Shown here piece by piece: positions 29,487 to 41,000 of a DNA stretch of 64,000 nt (within the stretch, counting starts at the first letter, position 1; the number at the start of each line of letters is the position of its first letter). A program made the position numbers and the translations under genes. The stretch lies in contig NC_134032.1 in NCBI RefSeq assembly GCF_964204645.1, positions 16,613,572 through 16,677,571 on the forward strand. The letters are read 5' to 3'. The stretch comes from Tubulanus polymorphus (Eukaryota; Animalia; Nemertea). The notes beneath the pieces were generated by a model. That model had not been told where the DNA came from and did no database searches. It worked only from the letters and a program-made list of their open reading frames with translations.

Positions 29487-29582
29487 CTGAAAAATGGCCG
29501 AACTGGAAGGAGGGATCAGCTGACCTGAGTTTTTATACTGACATTGTGACGTCACTGATCCTGACCAATGAAAAGTACCAAT
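29487..29582 (-). promoter_or_regulatory. Compact Pol II promoter with ~18-nt first exon
   Basis: On minus, in order: two ATTGG (CCAAT) boxes, CRE palindrome GTGACGTCAC (29546-29555), TATAAAAA (29537-29530), Inr-like CCAGTT ~33 nt later, YY1-like GCCATTTT, donor CAG|GTAAGC at 29487/29486. Confidence 0.65.
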
Positions 29583-29835
29583 ATTACCGCCAAGTTTAGA
29601 AAATAATTTTCTGATGGGATTCGAACCTGATCAACGCCACAAAAAAGTCCATTTTGTTCGAATCCACGCAAATTCAATTAATATCACACTGGTGTGTCCT
29701 CAGTTTACCCCAGTTATCTGTTTAATTTAATCCGTTTGACAAAATGTTTAAGATTCATTCTGAAAATCGATTTTAAGCAAACTGAACACATACGAAATCA
29801 CATACGAGACAAACTGACACACCCGAGTTATTACC

Positions 29836-29910
29836 ACCGATCTATGGTCTAGCGGTTAGAATTCCCGCCTGGTAAACCGGAGACCACAGTTTCGAGTCCT
29901 GCCGGCACAC
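29836..29910 (+). mobile_element. tRNA-derived SINE head or tRNA pseudogene
   Basis: A box TGGTCTAGCGG and B box TTTCGAGTCC with tRNA spacing; stems imperfect. Confidence 0.6.
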
Positions 29911-30380
29911 ACGCTTCTTTATTTCACGGGACTTTGTAAGTTGCCCCAAGTCTTTTTCTTTTTTTGATATTTCAGATTGTGATGAGGGGTTGGCCTATTC
30001 GGTGATATTGATTTGAAGATGAAATAATTTAGTGGATAATGAATTTAGGAAAAAAGGTTACAGCACCACTGACCCATGTTTAAAACCTACAGAAATATTT
30101 CAGATGATGGATGTAATTTCAGAGGGTATAATTTGAAACGCCAATAAGAGCAGCCCCAAATTGTGATCAGTAGTGTGAGTGAGTGAACTCTGTGATGGCT
30201 CTCACTCTTAATTACGAATCTATTCAATTCTTATTCAATTCTTTTTATTCGTTTTTCTTGGTTTCAGTTGGTTTTCCTTTTAATCAGTATACATCTCTCC
30301 TCGGAATAAAACTATATTCTAGTCGCTGTCGCTGTTTAATTTTAAAATTTTCGTGTACAGAACTGAGCCCAAAAGATAAC

Positions 30381-30536
30381 ATGGAGACCTTTTGTCGTAC
30401 ACGCTACAAACAAATCTATCAGAGACCAGAGTCACATAAAATGGTTTTTCTTTATGACAGATATGATGAAGAGGGGGATGGAGATGACTCGTTCCAACGG
30501 GTGACCATTGACGAAAACAATTCTCAGCTCGTTTGA
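30381..30536 (+). CDS. Candidate 51-aa acidic micro-ORF (METFCRTRY...SQLV)
   Basis: Acceptor ttttcgtgtacag at 30360, AAC-ATG-G context, possible donor GTGAGT at 30175 or 30179; no recognisable homology. Confidence 0.25.
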   Translation: METFCRTRYKQIYQRPESHKMVFLYDRYDEEGDGDDSFQRVTIDENNSQLV

Positions 30537-30567
30537 GAAATAGATTTCATTAAGAATTGGTGTTTTC

Positions 30568-31430
30568 GTTTAATCTAGAGATGACTGACTGTTTCTGGGA
30601 CATTGAGGTTGGCTCTTAAAAGTGCCGTTTAACAATCGAGTTGAATCGTGTTTTGATTCAGATGCGTGATTCTGGTCATGATCAGTAACTAGTAATTATT
30701 TAATTACAACCCTTTGATCAAATAGTGAGCACCATCACCTTAACTAATTAACAATTGATCACTTGACTCTCCTTTGATCTTCACTAATTACTAATTAATT
30801 ACTGATCACAAATTTTCCCTTAATCTTTTTCTAAAACAATAGAATAAAAGATTAAAGATTCTTTGATGTTTTCAAATAAAAGTATTTAATTAATGAGTTC
30901 AGTAATTAGTGTTTGAGGTTGATGTATAAATATCCGTGATTTCTGAATATTTTCAACATTGTAAAATGGAACGTCAAACCGTTAACGACAAGAGCAGCTC
31001 CTCCATCTTCCTACAACAGAATTCTATAGACCAGATGAATGTCGATGATACAGTTATGAGTTTACAACGAGTTGAAATGAAGTTTCTTCGAGCAGCTCGT
31101 CAAATAGCGATACTGGAGAGGAAAGTTCATCAGTTCAGTGAACGTTATGAACGTATGAAGGAATTGAACACCGGGTACTCGGCGAGGATTCAATGGTTGT
31201 CACTCGCCAGTACGAAAGATGCTTTCTATTTGTACGCGCAGAATAAAACTACAGAAATTCACATGTTAAAACGACATCTCGGCGAAATACTCATCAATGA
31301 ATCTACTGATTCACCTCATATCAGTGAATCACGCATCTGAATCGAAACACGATTCAACTCGATTCTTAAACGGCACTTTTAAGAGCCAACCTCAATGTCC
31401 CAGAAACAGTCAGTCATCTCTAGATTAAAC
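30568..31430. repeat. 105-bp inverted repeat pair (30568-30672 and 31326-31430) enclosing the 124-aa ORF
   Basis: 103/105 identity by eye; a third, more diverged direct copy lies at ~33638-33830. Confidence 0.93.
30966..31340 (+). CDS. Uncharacterised 124-aa helical/coiled-coil protein, intronless
   Basis: TATAAAT at ~30925, AAA-ATG-G at 30966, amphipathic heptad pattern LQRVEMKFLRAARQIAILERKVHQFSERYERM followed by FYLYAQNK. Confidence 0.65.
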   Translation: MERQTVNDKSSSSIFLQQNSIDQMNVDDTVMSLQRVEMKFLRAARQIAILERKVHQFSERYERMKELNTGYSARIQWLSLASTKDAFYLYAQNKTTEIHMLKRHLGEILINESTDSPHISESRI

Positions 31431-31450
31431 CCAATCTGTTTATATCTCTG

Positions 31451-31557
31451 GGTCCAGTTCCACAGTTCCGAGTTAAGATTTCACTCTGAGATAACTCATT
31501 GAAAATGAACTAACTTAAACTCATGTGAACTCTAACTCACAACTGTGGAACTGGGCT
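31451..31557. mobile_element. PIF/Harbinger-like MITE with CCAGTTCCACAGTT termini
   Basis: TIRs ggtccagttccacagtt and aactgtggaactgggc. The paralogous sequence at ~33730 (tttctg|atatgaagag) shows the empty site. An opposite-orientation copy at ~56788-56895 has CTG flanks; relatives at ~19130-19199, 35411-35526, 40261-40392. Confidence 0.75.
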
Positions 31558-31746
31558 TGATATGAAGAGAAAACCTCCTTAAACCAAAGCAATCTTAATC
31601 TTTGGTGAGATCTAGAAGGGAGTTTCGATCTATTGGGCTAATAGCAGCGTCTAGTTGTAGAATCCACAATCACGAGATCAAACTTATATAATCGGGGAAA
31701 TCCCACAATTTGAATTTTTTACACGATGTAATTTATTGAAACGAAA

Positions 31747-31788
31747 CCACAACGTTTCGGCTGTTGACTAACAGCCATCATCAGGTAG
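31747..31788 (-). ncRNA. Minimal type I hammerhead ribozyme of Penelope-like element type
   Basis: Minus strand CUAC-CUGAUGA-U-GGCUGUU(AGUC)AACAGCC-GAAA-CG-UU|GUGG, followed by AAUAAA; lies within an inverted partial duplication spanning 31689-31873. Confidence 0.7.
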
Positions 31789-32490
31789 AATGTTAGTCAA
31801 CAGCCGAAACGTCGTGGTTTCGTTTTAACGAATCATTTCATATATAATTCGAATTGTGGAACTTCTTCGATTATCTGCAGTGTACACGGATTAGAGTTTT
31901 TCATTCGAACTCAAACTTATATATAAAATTTCCAATTGTTTCAAAAGGATTTTTTTTTTGAAATAAATCCTCTTAAGACGGGCAATACACTTTTGGCCAG
32001 AAATATTAGAAAATATATAAGTTTTGATTTTGTCTAAACTGGTTTCAATGGATAATTTCTTTATCAAAGTCAACAGTCGATGAGTTTGAAGAATTATAGA
32101 GAAAGAAGTCATGAAACGCGCATAGTTTAGCTTAAGCTTTACCACTACAAACCGTGACTTGAAGTCGCACAGTTTTGATATCAATAGATCAGGCGAACGC
32201 GAGATTTGTAAAATGTTTTATCAATCCTGTACAGCATGATTCCCTAGAATGTACACCCCTGTGAATATGCCTGTAACGCATGTTTTAGAAAATAAATTAC
32301 AGGCTTTGTTGCACGGTAAACTGTGACGTAGCCGGGTAGAGAAAATTACAGGCATCATTTACAGTGCAAAATATGATTACATACTTCAGACCTTAATGTA
32401 GAAACTACTCTCAAGTCTTACATCAGAGTTCAACATTCACAGCTGACACGAGAGAGTATCGGCTTTAGTTGAATCGCAACGACAAAAACG

Positions 32491-33522
32491 ATGATAGTAA
32501 ATGAAACAGCCGCAGATCCTGCGCTGATTTGTTGCGGTAAATTCTGTGACGGTTCGGGCACGCTCTTAACATACAAGACGATCATGACATTAACTCGTGG
32601 CATATTTTATACAATCGGTATCATCTCAAACTGTCTCGCGTTTATCGTTATTCATCTGATGAAACTTAGAGGTAGCAGTATTCTATATTTGGAGATGTTG
32701 GCTGTAGCTGATTGTGTAAACTGTCTGACCGGTTTGTTCGGACGCGAGTTGATGATCGTTTCTTCCTCGTTGGAATTTATTCGCTACAATCACATTTATC
32801 AACAATACTTTCGTCATATTTATCTTTACGTGGACGCCATCTTCCAAATGACGACGACCACCAGTTCGTGGTTACTGTTCGCGTTGAGTTTAGACCGTTA
32901 TGTAGCTATTAGATTCCCACTGTCTGCTAGGAATATTTGCACGATTCGAAATGCATTTCGTGTTTCTGTTGCAATTTGGATTCTAACTTTTATTTCCGAT
33001 TTACCGACAATTTGGGATCTAGAAACATACTTTACGATGCCCGATCAGCCTTGTAAATATGTTGTACAAAGGAAATTCTTGCTTCAGAATAAAGAATACG
33101 CTTTGTATTACGATTTTGTATTCGGTAAAGTAGTGTTGAAGTTTATTCCGGGTTTGATTGTTTTAGGTTGTAATCTACATATGGCGATATTAGTTCGGTT
33201 GGCGGCTCGTCTGAGACACAAACTTCAACAAATCGACGTCAAAGATGAAGCTTCGACAAATAGTAAACAAGGACGACAAATAACTCTGACAATATTGGCT
33301 TTAAATATAGTATTTATGGTTGAATATGGAATGTCTTTAATAAACACATTTATACCGGCGATTTTACCCGATGGATACACATATCGCCCGTATCATTCGG
33401 GGCAGTTGTTACACGCTATTAATGCTATGATAAATTTATTCGTTTATTTAGGAATTCGAAGAGGTTTTGGAGAAACTTTAGTTTGGTTTTTGAGTTGTCA
33501 ACGTTTAGGAAACCGAGTGTAG
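32491..33522 (+). CDS. Intronless class A GPCR, FMRFamide-receptor-like / peptide-receptor-like, 343 aa
   Basis: Seven hydrophobic segments; TM1 GIISN, TM2 LAVAD, TM3 SLDRY.AIRFPL, TM4 Trp, ECL2 Cys, TM7 INLFVY, N-terminal NET sequon. Confidence 0.92.
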   Translation: MIVNETAADPALICCGKFCDGSGTLLTYKTIMTLTRGIFYTIGIISNCLAFIVIHLMKLRGSSILYLEMLAVADCVNCLTGLFGRELMIVSSSLEFIRYNHIYQQYFRHIYLYVDAIFQMTTTTSSWLLFALSLDRYVAIRFPLSARNICTIRNAFRVSVAIWILTFISDLPTIWDLETYFTMPDQPCKYVVQRKFLLQNKEYALYYDFVFGKVVLKFIPGLIVLGCNLHMAILVRLAARLRHKLQQIDVKDEASTNSKQGRQITLTILALNIVFMVEYGMSLINTFIPAILPDGYTYRPYHSGQLLHAINAMINLFVYLGIRRGFGETLVWFLSCQRLGNRV

Positions 33523-34206
33523 TTGATAAACAGGATAAAAGATCACAATACAAAAACTGAAATTGGTAGGTCGAACCCAGGACACCCCTGTACGTCATCT
33601 ATGCTGAGACTCCTGGAAAAAAAATTCAGCATTGACTTCAACTCGATTGTTAAACATCACTTTTAAGAGCCAACCTCAGGGTCCCAGAAACAGTCAGTCA
33701 TCGCTAGATTAAACCCAATCTGTTTATATTTCTGATATGAAGAGAAAATCTCCTTAAATCATAACCATTTTAGGTCAGGTCTGATAAAGAGATTTTGTCT
33801 AAATAAAGCTGTCTTTAGTTGTAGAACCCATGATCCTATGCTTACAAATCCAATATTTCCAGTTGTTTCAAGAGAATTGATTTGAAATCTGAATTCTCTG
33901 ACAATGGGCCCATATATATTGCGCCCAAAATGTTAGAAAATATGAAAGTTTTGATTCTGTCTGTCTGCAGGGGAAGCAAGAATGTCGATTTTACACATTT
34001 GATCATTGATAGCAAATAGACAAATATATGCTATATATAAAAGCTTATGTTGGTCACTAGGTATTAGTATCAAATAGACCGGATTCGAATCCGGGACAAT
34101 CCTGTCTCTATTCAACATCAGGAGCACTCAGAATCACAATCTCAGTAGTACAAGACCGGAGATTGCATTCGACGAATTAGATGATGACAAAAAAAGATAT
34201 ATCGAA

Positions 34207-34283
34207 TGCAACCCTCACGGGACTTGAACCTACGACCCATTACATGCCAGACGTACGTGCTAACCACTAGACCGTATATCCCG
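34207..34283 (-). mobile_element. tRNA-derived SINE head or tRNA pseudogene
   Basis: Minus strand CGGTCTAGTGGTTAGCACG...GTAGGTTCAAGTCCCG (A and B boxes); acceptor stem does not pair well. Confidence 0.6.
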
Positions 34284-34319
34284 ATTGGGTGTGTGAAAGG
34301 TTGGGTAGTCCTTATAGTC

Positions 34320-34500
34320 AGTGGTGACCAGCAAGCTGCGTGGTGACTGGTGACCAGTCGAGTGTGGTGACTGGTGACCGGCAAGCTGCGTGGCGACTGG
34401 TGACCAGTCGAGTGTGGTGACTGGTGACCGGCAAGCTGCGTGGCGACTGGTGACCAGTCGAGTGTAATGACTGGTGACCGGCAAGCTGCGTGGCGACTGG
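34320..34500. repeat. 50-bp tandem repeat (24+26 subunits)
   Basis: gcaagctgcg at 34331, 34381, 34431, 34481. Confidence 0.93.
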
Positions 34501-35084
34501 TTGACAATACACCATCATTCAAGTTAATAGTCCAACCATGGAAATACAAACTAAACTAATGTTGTTTACGCCCATGATCCAACCATAGACAACGAAGTCT
34601 ATAGCCCAACCATGGACTCTTAAACGTGGGAGTCCATGGCTCCTGCACTTAATACGTATCACTTTGGGGACTTGTCATCGCATAGTAGATTATTTTCGAG
34701 CGCCCTCCAACATCAATAATCACACTCATTACGATATCAATTTGTTTTGAGTTAATTGTTTGCCAGTTGACGAGATTTTGACAATGGGATAAAATCCAGG
34801 ATCGAATTACTGTTTTTATGACGTTGTAAGAGTTTCTACCTCAAGAACTATTTCACCAGATAATAGAGTTAAACCAAACACAGATAATTATCCGATAAAA
34901 ATATTGTATATTTTTTTCATATAAGATAAAATACAATGTAAATCGATACAATGGCTGGGATTGAGAACGAGATTATTATAAAACATATCACTGATTACTG
35001 GAGGAATATTCGTTATAACAGTCACCACTTTCTTTTCATATCAAATCGATGATTTGAATCAACAGGTGGATCAGTGGATAGTAA

Positions 35085-38000
35085 CTAGGTGGATAGGTGG
35101 ATAATATCTTCCTCTTGTATATCCCATTGAGTTAAATCCGAACCTGCACGAAAAGAAAATATAGATTAAAATGAAAGTTTATTCAAATATTTGACAGTTA
35201 TTTCCATAATAACGAGGAAAATATTTTAACGGTTGTTATTGTTGTTACCTGTACTGTATCTGTTACTAAGCGTTTGAGATGATAATGTATTCTGAAAGGT
35301 TGTCATTGTGTCATTAAAATGCTGACGATCTCGCGCCTGAAATTACAATCACAGATTTATGAGGGTCTTACGTTTGATTTAGACCGAGCTGAGCTTTAAA
35401 ATCTGTCCAGGGGCCGGTTTCATGAAATAGTATAAGCTTATCGGTTAAGTTTGAATTGTTGAATTGAAGTAACCAATAGCAATTACACCAAAAATTTTAG
35501 TTTAAATTTGTCCTGAAACTGGGCCCTGGGGTTAAAATTTTTACCTTTTTTGAACTGAGTTCATTAATTGCTGACAAAATCTGTTTTCGTGGTTCGCGTT
35601 TTGAAATACCAAGTTCTTTCAGATCGTTATCAGTTAACGTCAGGAACGCTTCCATATCAACCTTCAAACAATAACAAACAAACAAAACATTAAATCAATT
35701 TGCCGAGATTCACCGGATCTCGTCACCTAGACAGTGGAACCTCATCACAATCAACTTTAATAGACTTTATCTGTTCATTATAACCGATAGTTTGTTTGTA
35801 TCCAGTATGAAATCACTAAAATTCTCCTATATGGGACAAAATTTTAGGTTTGTAATAACCAATGATTTGTTAAACCGATATCATTATAACAAGTTTACGC
35901 TGTTTCAGTTCAAAGAGTTGGAGGTCGAAAAATCTACATGAATTTTAACATGATTATTTGCTCGGACATACTGACTGACCTCTTGTTCCTCAAATATAGG
36001 CTGGTATTTCTCTAGAGACAGTTGTTTTAGAATTCCACCGAGATCATCTACAAATAATCAATATACGGCAAACACAAGAGTCAAATATAGTAAATATTCC
36101 CTATTAGAGGGAGAGAGGGGAGATAGGGGGAGATAGAGGGAGAGAGGTCGACCAGAGGCAGACGCAGGAAAACTCTGTTAGCCTAACCGTGGTTAGTGCT
36201 TATGTAACAGGAAGAAATATCTGTCCTTCCTGAGATTGGAACTCTCGATGCCTGGCGTCCAAGGCAGACGCTCTACCGCTGAGCCAAAGGGAATATTCCC
36301 GCTAGCTGGGCTAGTAGGAACGTTGTTATACAGCCTGTCACACTTATCCATGGTTAGGCTAACCAGCTTGATATAGAGGCCACACGAAGACAATGGTTGG
36401 GTAACAGCGTTTTCCTGACCCATTTATGCCTAACCACAGTGCACTAACCACGGTTAGCACTAACAGGGTTTTCCTTCGCCAGCCTCAGGTTTACGGTAGA
36501 CCCACTGTTTACCCTGGATGGATTATCACTTGCCCCGGCTGGGCATGGATTATCACTTGCCCCGGCTGGGCATGGATTAACACTTGCCCCGGCTGGGCAT
36601 GGATTTTCACTTGCCCCGGCTGGGCATGGATTATCACTTGCCCCGGCTGGGCATGGATTATCACTTGCCCCGGCTGGGCATGGATTATCACTTGCCCCGG
36701 CTGGGCATGGATTATCACTTGCCCCAGCTGGGCAAACGAGGAGTCTACTGTATTCACATACAATACATTCATTCAGTCCTTACCATCAGTTTGTTCAGTA
36801 GAATTTTCAACCGATTCTAATAACACAGAATCCTCTGTAGCCTGAAAATTATGTAAAATGTACAATAAATGAAATTCATATTCACAGAAAATGTTTTTTT
36901 CTCCATTGGCGCCTTTTCAAGGCTTTACTTTTCAAAAGCAGGCTTCAATTAACTGCAGACCCAGATCCACAGTCCACAGTTGCAGAGTCTAATGTTTGAT
37001 AGTGAGGTTATTCTGGACTACAGCAGGTCACAGTTCATTTTTCTCGATTATGTTCTTGTATTCCAATGAAATTTTAACAATTTAATGATTTTCATTAACG
37101 TATCCTTTCTTTCGTAAAGAGCTATTGATTATTTTGCAGTATAGCGCTACATAAACAAATCAATCATTACTATTACAACTATCAATACTCAGGGCTGCCA
37201 ACCTCTGAAAAGTGCTATCAGTAACAAATTGAATTTATTTCAGTAACATTTCATTGAAATATGAACGAAAATGTTCAAATTAATCAGTAATCAACAGTAA
37301 GACCCTCAGTAACATGTTTCATATTTCTGTTCAAATTAATCAGTAATCAACAGTAAGACCCTCAGTAACATCTTTCATATTTCTGTTCAAATTAATCAGT
37401 AATCAACAGTAAGACCCTCAGTCACATCTTTCACATTTCTGTTCAAATTAATCAGTAATCAACAGTAAGACCCTCAGTAACATCTTTCATATTCCGTATG
37501 CATCAAACAAATCAAATCAGTATAAATCACTATAAAAGAGTAACAAATACTGAAAATCAGTAACAGTTGGCAGCACTGAGTAACTCAGATCTGTGAAATC
37601 AGGTTTAGAAGAAAGGGAACTCTGTACGTCGAACAAACCTTTGGTGTTGGAGAAGGTGAAGGGGTTAATGTAGAAGCAGTTGATCCTATAGATGAATGAT
37701 GAGCTCGTGAATGAATACGAGGTGTAATTGAAGAACTTCCACTCGTTGAACCGTTCGGAGACGTCGTTAAACTCGACCGCGTCGTTAACCTTGACATTCT
37801 AGAAAAATATTCAACGCTATTCAATTCATGAGTTTTAGGGAACAATAACATCCCCTATAACATCACCAATTACCACAAGACCAGTTCCACAAATTTCCAC
37901 AATTCATGAGTTTTAGGAACAATAACATCCCCTATAACATCACCAATTACCACAAGACCAGTTCCACAAATTTCCACAATTCACGAGTTTTAGGAACAAT

Positions 38001-41000
38001 AACATCCCCTATAACATCACCAATTCCCACAAGACCAGTTCCACAAATTTCCACAATTCACGAGTTTTAGGAACAATAACATCCCCTATAACATCACCAA
38101 TTACCACAAGACCAGTTCCACAAATTTCCACAATTCATGAGTTTTAGGAACAATATCATCCCCTATAACATCACCAATTACCACAAGACCAGTTCCACAA
38201 ATTTCCACAATTCATGAGTTTTAGGAACAATATCATCCCCTATAACATCACCAATTACCACAAGACCAGTTCCACAAATTTCCACAATTCATGAGTTTTA
38301 GGAACAATAACATCCCCTATAACATCACCAATTATCACAAGACCAGTTCCACAAATTTCCACAATTCATGAGTTTTAGGAACAATATCATCCCCTATGAC
38401 ATCACCAATTACTACCAGACCAGTTTTAAATGTCCACAATTGATTTTAATTTCAGTAAAACAGGTCTATTAAATCAGGATGTTATATATAATTCACAGAA
38501 TCCTCTGCTGTATAGTCTATAGAGGGATTGGTTATGGAACCAAGATGGTGTTTGTCACAACTGGTCGTCACACTCACCTGAGTTGATGAGTCAGATAGTT
38601 GTGATGTTGCGGACGGATTGAAGGCTGCTGATTGGTCGAATGAATCGGTTCCGAGTATGTACTCAGAGGATACGACGACGATATTGATTTTTTTCTGTAT
38701 GGTTCGCTGTGTATGTTCGTAGGTAACGTGCGAGCGGTAAGACTACTAGCGCCACCTGATGAGCCGGGACTCGAATTATTGTAATTATTCGAGTTCGAAG
38801 GACTGGTGTTTGTACCGATGAACTTCAACGGACGGACGGCTGTTCTCTGCTGTAACAGATACAAACAGTTTTACAATCAGTTTCTAACTGACCGGAAAAC
38901 TTTAATCATTAGTTCCAATTTCACAAACAATGCGTTTTAATACTTACCCCTAGAGAACTGTCGTCACGGCAACCCGAAGGTCCCTTCCTCAATGCACCGG
39001 GCATTTTGCGACTAGATTCGGTGAGGTCAAATGAGGGTAACGGGTGAAATGGAGGAATCACTGGTTTCAACGTGTCACTCATTAAACTACTATTCATTGT
39101 AGTATTCATATCCTAAATATCAGAATTATATCATATCAGAAAAACTTTTAATATCAGATATACCCTAAATATCAGATATAACCTAAATATCATAAATACC
39201 GGGGTACCCTAAATATCAAAATAACTTAAATAATACAAATATCTTAAATATCAGATATACCCTACATATCACAAAAATACCTTTAATATCACATCAGAAT
39301 TGCGATCACTATCAGACCTTACCAGGGTAAATACTGGCGTAGTTTCCTTCGCTTGTTCAAAGTTGACTTTTTCATACGAATTTGAAGATTTTAAACTCGA
39401 CTTTGTTTCGGTCGTCAGTTCTTCAACTGGTGTTGTGTTGATACCTTCAATATCCTATCAAATACATATCACGCATCGATTAAACTGGATACAAATTCAA
39501 ACATCTCACAGCAAACTCTCTCACTTAAACCCTTTAGTCGAAGAACTGTGTTAACTGAGTTATATTTGAGTTAAAACTTCAGAATCGGGTTCAGTTTTTC
39601 TGTTAAATAAATAAATTACCCGTGCACTGATTTTTGTAGATTTGGTCAAGGTCACCTGGTCATCGTCGCTAGCAGCAGCAGACGGAGTTAATCGATTCGT
39701 TTGCATCGTAAACGTTTTACCGAGTTTTAAATATCGGAATCTATTTGACATTCGACTCCACCAAGCCTGTTCACGCCGTGCGCGCGCAAGTTTGAAAATA
39801 GAACAATCAATACACGTTTGAGAAATCAAATCTTTCATTTTAGTTGCTTTATTAGTTACATACAACATTCGAACTTACTTTCAAACCACTTTTAGGCTGA
39901 TTTTCGATTCTGAAATAAAACAAATATACATGAAACAAATCTATGAAATAATTCGAAACAACCTATAATATGAATACATACATTTCGGTAGAAGTCGAAT
40001 TAGTGTTTCCATTTTTAGGATGTTTTGAAGTTGTCCAACCAGATTTTGGTTTATCCTGACCTTTCACTGGCATCACTTTAGAAGCTAAAATCCTCAATAA
40101 TTCGGTATCTACATCATCTAAAACACCAGAGATTATAATTCGGATTAACTTCAAACAAGTTCGAGCGGAACTGTGCATTATCGATTCAAACTCCAAACAG
40201 CCACACATGATTTTGAGAGAAAAGTCTCTTATTTTTCTTTAGCGGTTTTAGAGCCTCTGAGGGCCCAGTTCCATAGTCATGGCTTAGACCAATTTAAGAC
40301 CATCTTAGTTCTATAACCAATACAACAATTTAAGACCAGTCTCAAAAGTTAAGACCATTTTTGGAGTTAAGTCTCAACTGAGGAACCAGCCCGTGAGGCT
40401 CAGCGGATATTGGCGGTACTTACCGATAAGATAAGCCAAGTCAAATGCAGTACATCTATTTTTAGCTTGTATCGTCACATCAGCGCCGATAGTTATCAGA
40501 TATTTCGCTACATTCTTTTTCCTGAAAAAAAAAATATCAACTTCAAATTTTCTAAGAATATCATCCCCTTGCACTTAAGACACCAGATAAGATGAATTTG
40601 ACCTTTAAAGTGCAAAAATGGATGACATTTGAATGCAGTTGAAGGTAATGGATGACAACCTTTTATATCTTGGTTATTTGTTGACTTACCCGTGGTAAGT
40701 AGCCTGCATTAACGCAGTCCAACTACTTATCATATCCTGTCTGTTAATATCGCATCCTTTTTCTACGAGTAACTGAGCCATGTCTAAACGACCGTTCATT
40801 GCCGCGAACATCAGCGGGGTGGCTCCGTTGTGTGAGCAGGCGTCTCTTTGAGTTATATCAGCTTCTAGAATCTCTTTCATACGTTCCATATCACCTGATA
40901 TTAAATCATAAATATCAAATATAGTAGACACTGTTTGCGCACGTAAATAATAGACGACGGTTGACAATGAAATTTCTAAAGATGAAAATAAACTGACCAT

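Noticed and set aside
29836-36295. Three tRNA-like sequences as functional tRNA genes
   Set aside because: Acceptor and anticodon stems pair poorly and no clean terminator is seen; better explained as SINE heads.
37190-37578. hAT-like element (cagggctgccaac / gttggcagcactg) around a 56-bp repeat
   Set aside because: TIR-like ends are present but there is no 8-bp target duplication, so it is left unclassified.
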